Shown here piece by piece: positions 1-13,210 of a stretch of DNA of 64,000 bases; the stretch's first letter is position 1, and every line of letters starts with the position of its first letter. The translations under genes and the position numbers were made by a program. The notes beneath the pieces are model-generated. The model searched no databases and was not told the origin of the DNA. It saw only the letters and a program-made list of their open reading frames with translations. This DNA comes from the human T2T-CHM13v2.0 reference genome, Homo sapiens, in assembly GCF_009914755.1 (NCBI RefSeq), contig NC_060930.1; one strand, written 5' to 3'.

Positions 1-1197
1 GTGACTCACACAAGGGCTGAAATTGGAAATTAGAAATGTAGAAATGCACTGAATAATGAGCCTCAATTATTGCCTGGATGATTTCTTCTTACGTTAGAAC
101 CCAATTACCCATTTCCAAGTGAACCCTAGAGACTTCATCCACAAAGGGCTCCTCAGGTTCAGGTGTTTTTTGTTTGGTTGGTTTGGGTTTTTGATGTTGA
201 TATATATATATAAACAAAGTTCTCAGAAAAGCCTCATCAGAAACTGAGAATTATTTCCTTATGGCTTGGAAGATACTGCCAAGATTCCCTTTAAGATCTA
301 GTTAGATGGCACTCAACTAAGATTCCCATATGGAATTATTCCCCACACAGGAGCCTGACCTGCGGGAAGCTGAATAAAGCAGAGATTATTTACAAATTCC
401 CAAAGCTGGGGTGTTTTACATTTCTCCCACCCTGGATCTAATTCCACCAGTAAATACAGCACATATTAAGTTATAAAGTATAATTATTAAAAGGCCAAGA
501 AGTATTACAGAGAACTGACCCTCCTGACACTATAAGGCAGAGAGGCCAGTGGCGGTGGATGGCTGGGTGGGCCTGAGAGGCTGCCTCAGTTCCTGATACC
601 CATGGGTTACATAATTACCAACGCAGCCAGAGACAGACTGATTCCAGCAGGTGCGCATCATTGCTTAAAGACATCCTACAGGAATCATCTGCATTTAGAA
701 GGGCAGCCTTCCGGTCAGATAACTTACAACAAGTTCCCCCTCAAATAAGGAAAATACATAATGTGGTAGTTGAAATAGCAAAACCAGGCCTTTAAATAAT
801 GCAGTCATTGCTGACACATATTGACTCTTGCTTGAGTGAGTTTTGGTTGGTTTTTATCCAAAGAGGAAGGAAAATTTTCCATGAAACAAAACAAAGCATT
901 TAATGACTGTGATGAAAAAGTAAAACGTTTGTTTTGGCTCATGTCCTGAAAATGTTAGGTAAAACATGTATACAGTTGATAATTACTAGTGAAGCCATTT
1001 GCATTTTGTTAATTGAGAAAGCCTCAAAAAAAGTCAAATATTATGGGGAAACTTTTAGGATAACTTTCCTGTGAGCTTATTGTGCCCTAAACTTTTCTTG
1101 GTATCATGGTCATATAAAAGAAACATCAGAACCCTCATTCAGCAGGAAAGAAAAATGTATGTAAGGAGACATATCTATATATATGAAAGAAACAGCC

Positions 1198-1268
1198 TAT
1201 ATAAAGAAAGCAGAATGAAGTTAGGTAAAAGAAAACTTTATCTAACTTCATTCTGCTTTCTTTATATA
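1198..1268. repeat. 32-bp inverted repeat (1 mismatch, 7-nt loop)
   Basis: 1198-1229 TATATAAAGAAAGCAGAATGAAGTTAGGTAAA versus the reverse complement of 1237-1268. A third, direct copy lies at 1527-1558. Confidence 0.95.
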
Positions 1269-1370
1269 CATGCACACACACATATGCATATATACATACA
1301 TACATATATATATGTATGTATATATGCATATATATACATGCATACATATATACATACATATATATATATG
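1269..1370. repeat. (TA)n/(TACA)n low-complexity microsatellite
   Basis: Visible alternating TA/CA/TG tract. Confidence 0.9.
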
Positions 1371-1396
1371 AAACATGTATTTTGTTAATTGAGAAA

Positions 1397-1491
1397 GGAT
1401 GGCTGGGTGGGCCTGGAAGGCTGCCTCAGTTCCTAATACCCGTGGATTGAATGATTACCATGGCAACCAGAGACAGACTGATCCCAGCAGG
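1397..1491 (+). repeat. 95-bp diverged direct copy of 557-651
   Basis: Ungapped manual alignment with 12 mismatches in 95 nt. Confidence 0.92.
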
Positions 1492-1564
1492 CTGATTTAT
1501 TATATGAAATATTATATTATATTACATATATAAAGAAAGCAGAATGAAGTTAGGTAAAGTTTTA

Positions 1565-1775
1565 GAGTAAATCGTCCTGAGTTCAAATTTCATCTCACCA
1601 CTTACTAGCTTTGTGACTAAGTTACTCAAGTGAGACTTTGAGTCTTAGTTCCCTCATTAATCAAATGGAGCATATTGGTATCTTCCTCTGTGATGGTCTT
1701 TATTCAGACTTCTATGATGATCTGAGCTTGATTCAGTGCCTAGCACATGATAGTTCAATAAATGCTTGTTATTTT
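1565..1775 (+). mobile_element. MIR SINE
   Basis: MIR core CACTTACTAGCTTTGTGAC...TTCCCTCAT...AAATGG and 3' end GTGCCTAGCACA...TCAATAAATG. Confidence 0.75.
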
Positions 1776-2597
1776 TATGATTATCTAAAGAATTTACACT
1801 TTCAAAGCACATAGAGAAAATCAAAGACCCCTTGTATGTACTTTCTTATTACACCCTGCAATGACAAAGATTCTTGGCGCCTATCCCATTTGGGACACAT
1901 AATAGGTATTCAATAAAAGTTGTGGATTAAATTGGAAGTGCAGTTATTTTGGAGAATGAAATAGGTGAAAACAATTATATTTGCAGAAGCAAAAGCCCTA
2001 AAACAAGTATTTCAAAGAATCATATTGGAAAATATCTGATAAATGCTGTAACAATGATATATTGATATTTTGTTCAGCTTCATAAAAAATACAAACTATA
2101 TTTCCATTGAATTAGACAGATATTGTGTAGTTCATTAAATTGGCCAATAGTTGACAATTTCTGAATACTTCAGGGCAAATCAGAAATTCCCAGAGGAGAA
2201 AAAGAAAAGCATGTTGGGCATTATGAAAATGCTTAAAAGAGAAAAAAACAGATTGCCAGGTAGAATAGATTGCTACCTGGCAATCTATTTTTGTTTGACC
2301 TTAATTCTTCATTCTGAATTTTTAAAATACTTTGGATTCCAAAACAAAAATTATTCAGAGAGTATTTTTAAATGAGAACAAGTTAAATAATCTCAATATT
2401 ATAGGTTTTCTTTTCACTGAGGCATTAAAAATGTAATCTTTACTTTCAAATTTTCTGCTTTATTTAACAAAGAAGTCCTGCGTAAGTTGTCCTAATGAAA
2501 CATTGAAAAACCATTCTCCAGTGTCTAATAAAAAACAGACCCATTATTTAATAGTTGCTGTACATATGTATATGCTTCCATTCCCAGGTCTCTTACA

Positions 2598-2614
2598 GTA
2601 TGTGTGTGTGCATA

Positions 2615-2645
<31 letters not shown>
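2598..2645. repeat. (TG)n microsatellite, interrupted
   Basis: Directly visible. Confidence 0.9.
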
Positions 2646-2647
<2 letters not shown>

Positions 2648-3415
2648 AGTGCTACCCATTCCAATAGAATCTAGAGCTAAAATGGTTCCTGTTTCTTTAT
2701 AGCACTCTTTTAGTTGACAGTCTTTTTTGTCCTATAGAGATTTTTCTTTCAATGAATAACCCAGACTCAAAGTGCATATTGGTAACTATATTTTAAACCA
2801 AAAAATTCCTCACATAATAAATACATTTTATGCACATTAACTTCGAATTTACTTCAGAAAGCTATTTACAATATAAATAATTATAAATGGGAACACTTTG
2901 CAAGATATCATTGACATAGCTAATATTTTCTACTTTACATTCCAAAGTAAAATTTCAAATTACAGCTTTATACTACAATGTCACTAAAAACTATACATTG
3001 CAAGACGGTATTTGAAATATTGGCGATCAGTATCTTTTCTCACAAATATAATCCTTTTTATAGCACATTAGTCAAAAAACAAATGTAAAATATTTTATCT
3101 TTTTTGAAGTGTCTACTCATAATGTTTCCTTTTTTGAAATATTTCCCTTCGGAAAAAAAAAGAAAAAAGACTTACAGTACTTCCAAAATTTTTTTCCAGG
3201 CCAATTTCATTTCTTTTGAAATGTAAACACATCAGGGTTACCGGGTGTAAGTTTAACAGTGATTACATGTGTCCCAGGTCAGCAAATTAGGGCAAATTAA
3301 CCCCAACCCCATATAGATTTATGAAAGCAAAGTCCCATGCAGCAAAGTTGCAATAAACAAAACTACAAATGTTTGGTTTAAAATTAGCAATTAGGATTTC
3401 TTATGTGAACCATCA

Positions 3416-3425
3416 TTTATTTATT
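3416..3425 (-). terminator. Candidate poly(A) signal (overlapping AATAAATAAA)
   Basis: Two overlapping AATAAA on the minus strand, followed about 45-65 nt downstream by U/GU-rich TTTGTAGTTTTGTTTATTG (plus strand ~3350-3370). Confidence 0.4.

Positions 3426-3427
<2 letters not shown>

Positions 3428-3471
<44 letters not shown>
3428..3471. repeat. (TG)22 microsatellite
   Basis: Perfect dinucleotide run. Confidence 0.95.
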
Positions 3472-3475
<4 letters not shown>

Positions 3476-5937
3476 AATTGGATATGGCACATTTTCATGA
3501 ATATGATATAAAAATCATATTTTTCTGTGTGCGTATGTGTGTGTGTATGCTTTCTGCATACAGTCCTAGAGAAGGAACTCTGAGCAAACCCCTATTTGGC
3601 AATGACCACACTCTCACTTTTTGAGTTAAGCACTATCTGTACAACCCTTACAAGAAATTAGCACCACACAGAAATTTCCCCCAACAATATTTTCTATGTC
3701 TGATACCTTTTGCATGTGTCCATAACTGTTGTCATTCATTTAAAATTTAGATGATAACGAATGTTTTATCCACAATTAGTTCCACAGTAAGAACTAGTTC
3801 AGTAGATTTTTCTGTCTTAGACATAAATCCCTATTCACAAAAACTTGACATTTACATAAACGTTGAATCATTTATTTGGAGGACCATAGGATTTACATTC
3901 TTTTTAAAATCATTATGAAAACAGGATGTATGTCAACATCTATGATTTGAGTGAACTAGGGAACCAAATCTGGGCATTCAAACATTTTATATCAGAAAGA
4001 CTGTGTTTGATTGTATTAAAGTGTAAGCTATTCCACTAGGCCAGGTGAGTGACCCCAAAATGGTCAAATGCTCAATTTTCCAAATATCAGCATTCACTCT
4101 GTCACTTCTAAATACTACTAGGACTGATAGATTGCACTGAATATCTTAGTAATATCCTACTCTTGAAAGAGAGAGCTATAAAAATCAAATGTGTATTCAG
4201 AAGATTTCTTTATCTGTGCTGCCATCCATCAAACTTACTTGGTTTAGATCTTGAGGGCGGAAATCTTGTATTTCATTTTAAAATATATATGCATATTTTC
4301 CAAATGGTCTTGTACTATAATTGATCCTCATCCCCCATAAGAAGGAGAAATAAAAATTGGAGCACACTACCCTTTTCTAGAAGATCCCCTAAAGCTTATT
4401 TTAAGTGGGATTCTCTGCCCAGAGGCAGCATGTGACAACACGGTATAGAGTGAATTAAGAATAGTGCCCGATGGAAACAATCTAGCCCTATGAAATATAA
4501 CCAAGAAAGAGCAAGTGGTTTTTCTGTGTAAATACTGAAGGCAATCATTTATTGCATCCCGTCTCATTTTGAATGTCACCTCAGCACTGTCATATTATCT
4601 TTTATCAGGCAATTACAGTTTAGGTAAGCGAGCACAATATGACAAAAGACTTGTGGACCGAAGCACACCTAAATATCTGACCTGTAGTGATTGTGACATT
4701 AATATTACACATCCCAAAATAACACATCAAATCTATATATTCCCAATAACAATTTAAACAGAATTTTCCCAAGAAAGATTGGGGAAACTTCATTCACTTC
4801 TTTGGTCATCCAAATTTTTAAAGTAGGTATGGCAGGTGAAATGGGCAATAAAGATACTTATTATCACTAGAAACCAGAATTCTACAAAACCATGAGCTAT
4901 GTATCATCTAATGAATTGATACATATTATACCAGTAATTGGATAGAGCACATTTTTATGTATCCCCAAGGTGATATGAAAATCATACTTCTGTATCTATT
5001 TCAATCAAGTTTCATGTTTCTCAACATTTGGCAAAGTTATGGAAATCAAGAATTAAAACTAAAGCCATATTAAGTTTAACTGATTAAATTATCGGGAACG
5101 TAGTTATTTTATATACTATTTTTAAAAGACACAGATGACATCTTCATTATGAGGAAATATGTTGCTGCACAGAACAAAATAATGTAGATTATAAACACAT
5201 TTTAACACATTCACATGTATATTAAGAAAGTACATTGTCATCAAATGTCTTAACTTACCTTGGGTCATTTTGTGATAATCATGCCATATTGCAAAAAATG
5301 TAAGCTATACAATATAGTGAGTCAATATGACATTTTATGTAATGTAATAAAACTGCTACTATAAAATTATTGACATTCAGTAAATTTTAAAATGGTTATG
5401 TACTTAAAACTGGGTCAATCTACCAAAATTTTGAATCAATATATAATTTAGTTAATTCTGTATTCTCTTAAAAATATTGGTCATGTCATTTTAAAGAGCA
5501 TTATTCCTTCTGATTACTCTCATCTGTGAAATTCATAATTTCTTCTTCTCACCAGTTAACTATCTTCCATATAAAAATTCCACTGAAATTCCTTTAGTGA
5601 CAGCCTTTTCTTTAATATCAGTTCATTTTCCCTGGTTCTTAAGTTTCCATTTCTTTTAGCTTCTGTCCCTGGCACATTTGGTAGAATATATAGCCACCAG
5701 AAATACCCATCTGTGAAAATTACCTTTCCAAAATACACCATATTCATCAAATATTTTTTCTTCCAAACATCTATCAATCTACAGAATTCTACAAAACCTT
5801 TAGCATTCTTAAGACATTACTTCATGTTGCAAATTGATCAAAACTCCATTTTATGTATTCCAGGATTTCTCATAAATAATTTTCTCAAAATTACTAAATA
5901 CTCTTTTTTGTATAATTCAAAACTTAGTTTTTATTGT

Positions 5938-6180
5938 ATGGTCACCCCTTGGTATAAACAGGGAGTTGGTTCCAGGATTACCCCCATATAATCAAATTCT
6001 CACATACTCAAGTCCTGCCTGTTGGCCCTGTGGCGCTCACTTATACAAAACATCGCCCTCTGTATACTCAGGTTTCACATTTCTCCAAATACTGGGTTTT
6101 TTATCTGCATTTGATTGGAAAAAAAACCACACATAAGTGAATCTGCACAGTTCAAACCCATGTTATTCAAGGGTCAACTG
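5938..6180 (+). mobile_element. MER8-like TcMar-Tigger non-autonomous DNA transposon within the 3' UTR region
   Basis: TTGGTTCCAGGA...CATACTCAAGTCC...GTTCAAACCCATGTTATTCAAGGGTCAACTG matches the recalled MER8 consensus; about 240 bp. Confidence 0.75.
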
Positions 6181-8122
6181 CACTTTGAATTTTTTGAAAA
6201 TATATATAACCACTAACTTTCTCACTTACTTGCACTTTTTTGCATTTACAGCACAAATGTTAACATTATTTAATTTTATGTAGCCTCTCCTTTCATATAC
6301 AAACAACCCAGTACTCATCTTTCATATTATCGTTCAGATTGTCACCTACCTATGGACTGTGAAATAACTGTGTTAAATGATGAAAATATACTACTAATCC
6401 CTGAGTATTCAATTTCATGTTCTGTTTCCAAAATTGTAAGTCAAGTTCTGCCAGTACATTCCCTTCCTTAAATATGGCAAGAGTTTTGGGCACGGGACTC
6501 CTAGGAAATATTATCTATGAAATCTCTCTAATCACTTATATCATTTTGCTTTAATTACTAGAGAATAGAGCATTAAATAAATCTTGCTATTTTTCTTCTC
6601 TGTCATAAATTTCTACCAACTACATTTTGGCTAAATCTAGAAAGTTAACTGTAACCTGCCTAAAGGAGCCCACACACCTGCTTAAGTCACAAAGCATCTA
6701 AACTTCTGTGTACAGAAAAAACAGAATGATCAGTCTTGACAACTCATAGCAGAGAGTTAATTAGGTAATAAGTTCAGTTCTGCTCTATCACAGAACATGA
6801 ACGCTGGGGCTGCCTTACAAACCAGGAAACTAGAGCCCAGGCACGGTGAATGGTACAACTGTGGTCACAAAATTAAGTTACAGGTAGGGCCAAAATTAGA
6901 ATCCAGAGATCTAGTCAGCTGGCCTTTCTACTATACCACACAGATGTAAGACCAAGTTTGTTGTTTACAAACAATAAGGAAAATAAACATTTTGCCTATT
7001 CCTTCAGAGTACTGCTCTTAGCTCTTAACTACTTGTCTATCAGCCTAAGCTTTTATCTTAGACTCTCTCCTGAGGCTTTCCACATGTTGTCACATTGGCA
7101 CATATGTGCTTTGAAACGTTTTCAAACACTTAACACTGCTGTCATGTGGCACTTCACTGGTTTTCCTTTTATTTTTGCACCTATTGGTCTTTTTTCTGGG
7201 TGAATTGGTTTGAATTTTTTATTTAGTTGGTTTTACAAGCAAACCCCAAATATGTTGTTTACTTATGCTGAGCCCTTAAATTGTGTTAAACTTTGAGATA
7301 GCATTTTATTTCACTCTGCCTCTGGCCTTTCCATATTCATAGAACTACTTCCAATTGAGCACTCCAGGTTTTTGATGTGTGTCCCAATATCTCAGTGTTC
7401 TTACTTAGAAAAACCCTCAGCGCCATGTCAGTGCAATCCTGGTCCTTGTCTAACTGAAAAGCAAGGTGAAAAATTACCTCTTCCTGATTGTTTATAATGG
7501 ATACCAGGTGAAAACTCATTTTTGCACCATATCCAGAACCATTTCTCTAATTTATGCCTGAACCAAATGAGCTGGCTGATTTGAAACCACAAAGAAGTCA
7601 GTTTATAAGATGTATCTCTCTCTTTCTCAGTTATTTTGGGAATGGAAATTTCGTTAAGAAGTTTAGTGTGACAGAGTCAAAGAAAATTACCCATTTTTGA
7701 TGTATTTACATTACATAGCCTATATTTCCATATGTAAAATGTATACCGCAGTTTGTAAGTAATAGTTTGTGTGTTTGAGGATCACTGGATAGTCACAATG
7801 CAATGTTGTCATTCATCAGTCCTCTCATGTAGTATATATGCACACTTGATCTACATGAATATTTTTCAAGTCAAAATTTATCTATTCTGGTTCCCATATA
7901 ATTAGAGGGGAAATTTGTGTATTCAATTTAGCTCCCTTTTCTGTGTATAACCCTGAATGCTAGTGCTATGTTTTCTTTGATTTTATAGGAACACGTATCA
8001 AATACCCAGTAACTTAAGTTATACTCTCTAACAATCTGTGGCATAGTAAATGCTGGTAATGGGGTATTAAACTATAAATATGTTTCAGAGATCCTTAAAG
8101 AACAAAATATTTCAGCAAAACA

Positions 8123-8860
<738 letters not shown>

Positions 8861-9362
8861 TTAGAAAAAGTCAAAAGTAAGTGATCTCAGAATTCACCCT
8901 CAAAATAAGTATATTTCCTTTACCTATTAAAATAAACTTTATATCTTTCATTTTTAATATATGCACCAATATTTGAAACAGGCTCACATGATGTGAGCAC
9001 ATGAGTGACACATGACACTCTATGTGTCAACTCTCTGTACTGGATTCATATAAAATCAGTGAATTTTAAATGCAGACCAAGTTTATAACAAGTTTCTTAG
9101 AAGATAAACCTTGTTCATTGTGAATGACAATTAGCAAAATGGTAAAGTGTGTTTATACTTCTCCATGGATATATGTTATTAGACCTGTCTGACTGGAAAT
9201 AAGAGAAGGATGCATAGAATTTGGTTTATGTTATTCTGTAGAGCAGTGCCATGTTAAATTGATGCTTGAAAAATGTTTTTGATTGGATTTGAGGGAAATG
9301 ATGATACAGGCTGAACTATTCTCTCACTTCCAAATAAATAACCTAAAATGTTAGTATTGCTA

Positions 9363-9428
9363 AATATATCTTAAGTAGAGTTAAAATAAAGCTCTAATAT
9401 ATCTTAAGTACGGTTACAATAAAGCTCT
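9363..9428. repeat. 33-bp tandem duplication (2 copies)
   Basis: AATATATCTTAAGTAGAGTTAAAATAAAGCTCT / AATATATCTTAAGTACGGTTACAATAAAGCTCT. Confidence 0.9.
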
Positions 9429-9618
9429 AATGTTCATTTTTAGAGTATTTGAAGGTTAAAAATATACATCTATTCACATAGATATATATGTAAGCATGGA
9501 TGGATATAACTGAAGATTATAGATATAGATACAATCTTGTCCAAATAAAAACATAAATATTATCAAATTTAGGGGTAAACATCTCAGCTTTACAGGTAAT
9601 CATATAGTAACTCAGTTA

Positions 9619-9960
<342 letters not shown>

Positions 9961-10719
9961 TTATAATTTTAATAACAACCTGTTTGGAGCCAAGGAAAGA
10001 GATAAAATATGGAGGAGTAGTGCATCCAAAGTATATTCCATAAATCAAATTATTCTCAAAACAGTCTGAAGTCAATATAAAAAGAGAGAAGAGAAACAAG
10101 TAGGAATATATGAAAGCTGTAAACTGCTTAATGCAGCAGAGAAAGCCTGGATCACACTATTCGTTGCTTTCCTTTTATCTTTTCTTCTTGTTTTATTTCT
10201 AATATTTTCTTCCAGATCCTGTAGGTTAAGCCAGGATTTTCACTTAACTCTATTCTTTGGCAAGTGATTGCCCTTTGCTCTGGGTTTCCATTACCAGTCT
10301 ACCAAACTAGAGATACTCAAAGTAAAATCAGAAAAATAGAAAGCAAGAATAGAAACAGATTAAAATTACTCAGCTTCTGAGTGGTATCTGACAGGAAGGT
10401 TTATTAATGGAAACAATATTGTCTAGCACATGTCTCATTCTAAAGACAAGAGTAGTAGTATTGGGGCCTTCAGATCAATCCTAATGTCACTGACTTTTAA
10501 TGAAATAGGGAGGATTCCAAAGACCGGTCTGGACCCAAGCTTGGGATGGACGGAATGAGCTCTCCTTAACCAGTTTACTTTGAAATGAACAAAGGGAAGC
10601 ATTAGCAACAATCAAAGCTTTAGCTATGGTGTCCATTTCGACGTGTTTATAAAGCCATGTAATTATCCCAAGGTGAAAATCCCAGTGCATTCTACATATT
10701 GCTTCATCCTTCACTCACG

Positions 10720-10877
10720 GGGTCATCATTGTGGGTTGTCATAATGATGGGGGAAAGGGGAAGTTACTGGCATTTAATGCCCAGAAAGGTTAAACATTTG
10801 AGATATGTGTGACTGTCCATAAAACAAAGACTGGCCCTCTCCAACATATCAATAGTGCCCTCATTGAGAAACACTGC
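10720..10877 (+). mobile_element. MER20-like hAT-Charlie fragment
   Basis: GGTTGTCATAATG...TACTGGCATTTA...TCAATAGTGCC...TTGAGAAACACTG. Confidence 0.5.
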
Positions 10878-11237
10878 TATGACCAAATGAGCCTACCGAC
10901 TATTCAAGTCCACATTTGAAGCACGAAAATACAAAAGAAAATAATGTATGAGGAATGTAAATGCGTACACACTACAAATTCAATAGACATATTCAATAAT
11001 AAACTATGTAATTTCTATACTTTCTGATGTTTAATATAGGAATCATTTTTATTCACTTGTCAAAACTAAATGTATTTAGCAAATACAAGCAAAATTAATA
11101 ACTGAGTGAACTTTGTTTTTAATCCCATTGGTTCTGATTTGTAAATCAAAGAAGATAACTATTTGGTCATTCACTCTAGTGTCACAATGTGATGAACCTG
11201 CCCAGGGCCTAATGCTTGGAGTTCGGGAACCCTTTCA

Positions 11238-11681
<444 letters not shown>

Positions 11682-11894
11682 TCAAAAATCAATCGATCAG
11701 TAAGAGAAAACAAACAAACAAAAAACAGCCTTTATTTACTCTACAAGCACCCTTAAGGTCTCATTGTCCTGAGGTCGTCAAAATAACCGTTGCTTTGGCA
11801 TCATGGCTGTGCACACCTAACTTGGAATTACTTAATTCATTATGATGCTTCCAAAGAAAATCCTTTTGGTTGATGAAAGCAGGAGATAAAGATA

Positions 11895-12466
<572 letters not shown>

Positions 12467-12964
12467 TACATTTTTTCTTAATTAAAACAAACAAAAACCT
12501 AAGGTTTAAGGCTCCAATCTCCTGAAACTTAATCTTCATTAAGTTAACTCTGTTAACTCTCTGAGGGCCATGCTGGATAGATGGCAGAATAGTTAATAAA
12601 CGCTTACCTAATTCAACTGCAATGTAACTCTTAAGAAGTCTTATCCTATATAAGAGTTGGGCCTCTTCACTAGGATGTGCCTCTTGTTTAGAAGATAAAA
12701 CTTGAAATATGCATAGGGTCACCAGAAAATAACAAGCCACAGGCATTGCTGTGCCTTGTTGGAATTAAATGGCTTATCTACTCCCAGACTATTTGGTCAG
12801 ATTTTGAAAGAGAACATAAAATGCTTGATAGATCTCCCTAGGAAGTGTGCTCAGTTTGAAGGCCCTCACAAGCCACTAAAATCAGTAATATAACAATAAT
12901 TTTTACCAGTTTTTGGTTGCCTAATGCCAAACAATTCTAGGTATTGTAAAGAGATTACCTACTA

Positions 12965-13210
12965 TGATAATGATGGGTGCCATTTATTGAGAGCTTACTA
13001 TGTGTCTGGCAATATTCCATATACATTCCATATACATTTTGTCATTTAATCATTCCATATACATTTTGTCGTTTAATCCTCACAACCACCTGAACATAAT
13101 ATAGCTCCATTTAATACAGGAAGAAAGGACATTACTACAAGTTTTAATAAGATGACACAGCCACCTCACAGTCTATCTGGTCTCAAAGCCTGCACTTGAA
13201 ACCATGATTT
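12965..13210 (-). mobile_element. MIR SINE with an internal ~27-bp tandem duplication
   Basis: CATTTATTGAGAGCTTACTATGTG...TTTAATCCTCACAAC; ATTCCATATACATTTTGTC is repeated. Confidence 0.7.

Larger units (their letters stand above)
2760..8122 (-). other. SIM1: SIM1 3' UTR (long form; distal end uncertain)
   Basis: Follows the TGA at 8125-8123. AT-rich and nearly repeat-free, with several minus-strand AATAAA hexamers (plus-strand TTTATT at about 7305, 5930, 4548, 3871, 3416/3420, and 2459 just beyond the chosen end). The boundary is inferred. Confidence 0.6.

Noticed and set aside
1071-1388. Opposite-strand ORFs that both contain YKESRMKL
   Set aside because: This is an artefact of the DNA inverted repeat and TA microsatellite, not a protein.
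8915-8940. TTTTAATAG|GTAAAG recursive-splice-like site upstream of the last exon
   Set aside because: The pyrimidine tract is weak and the intron is only 2.4 kb; recursive splicing is typical of very long introns.
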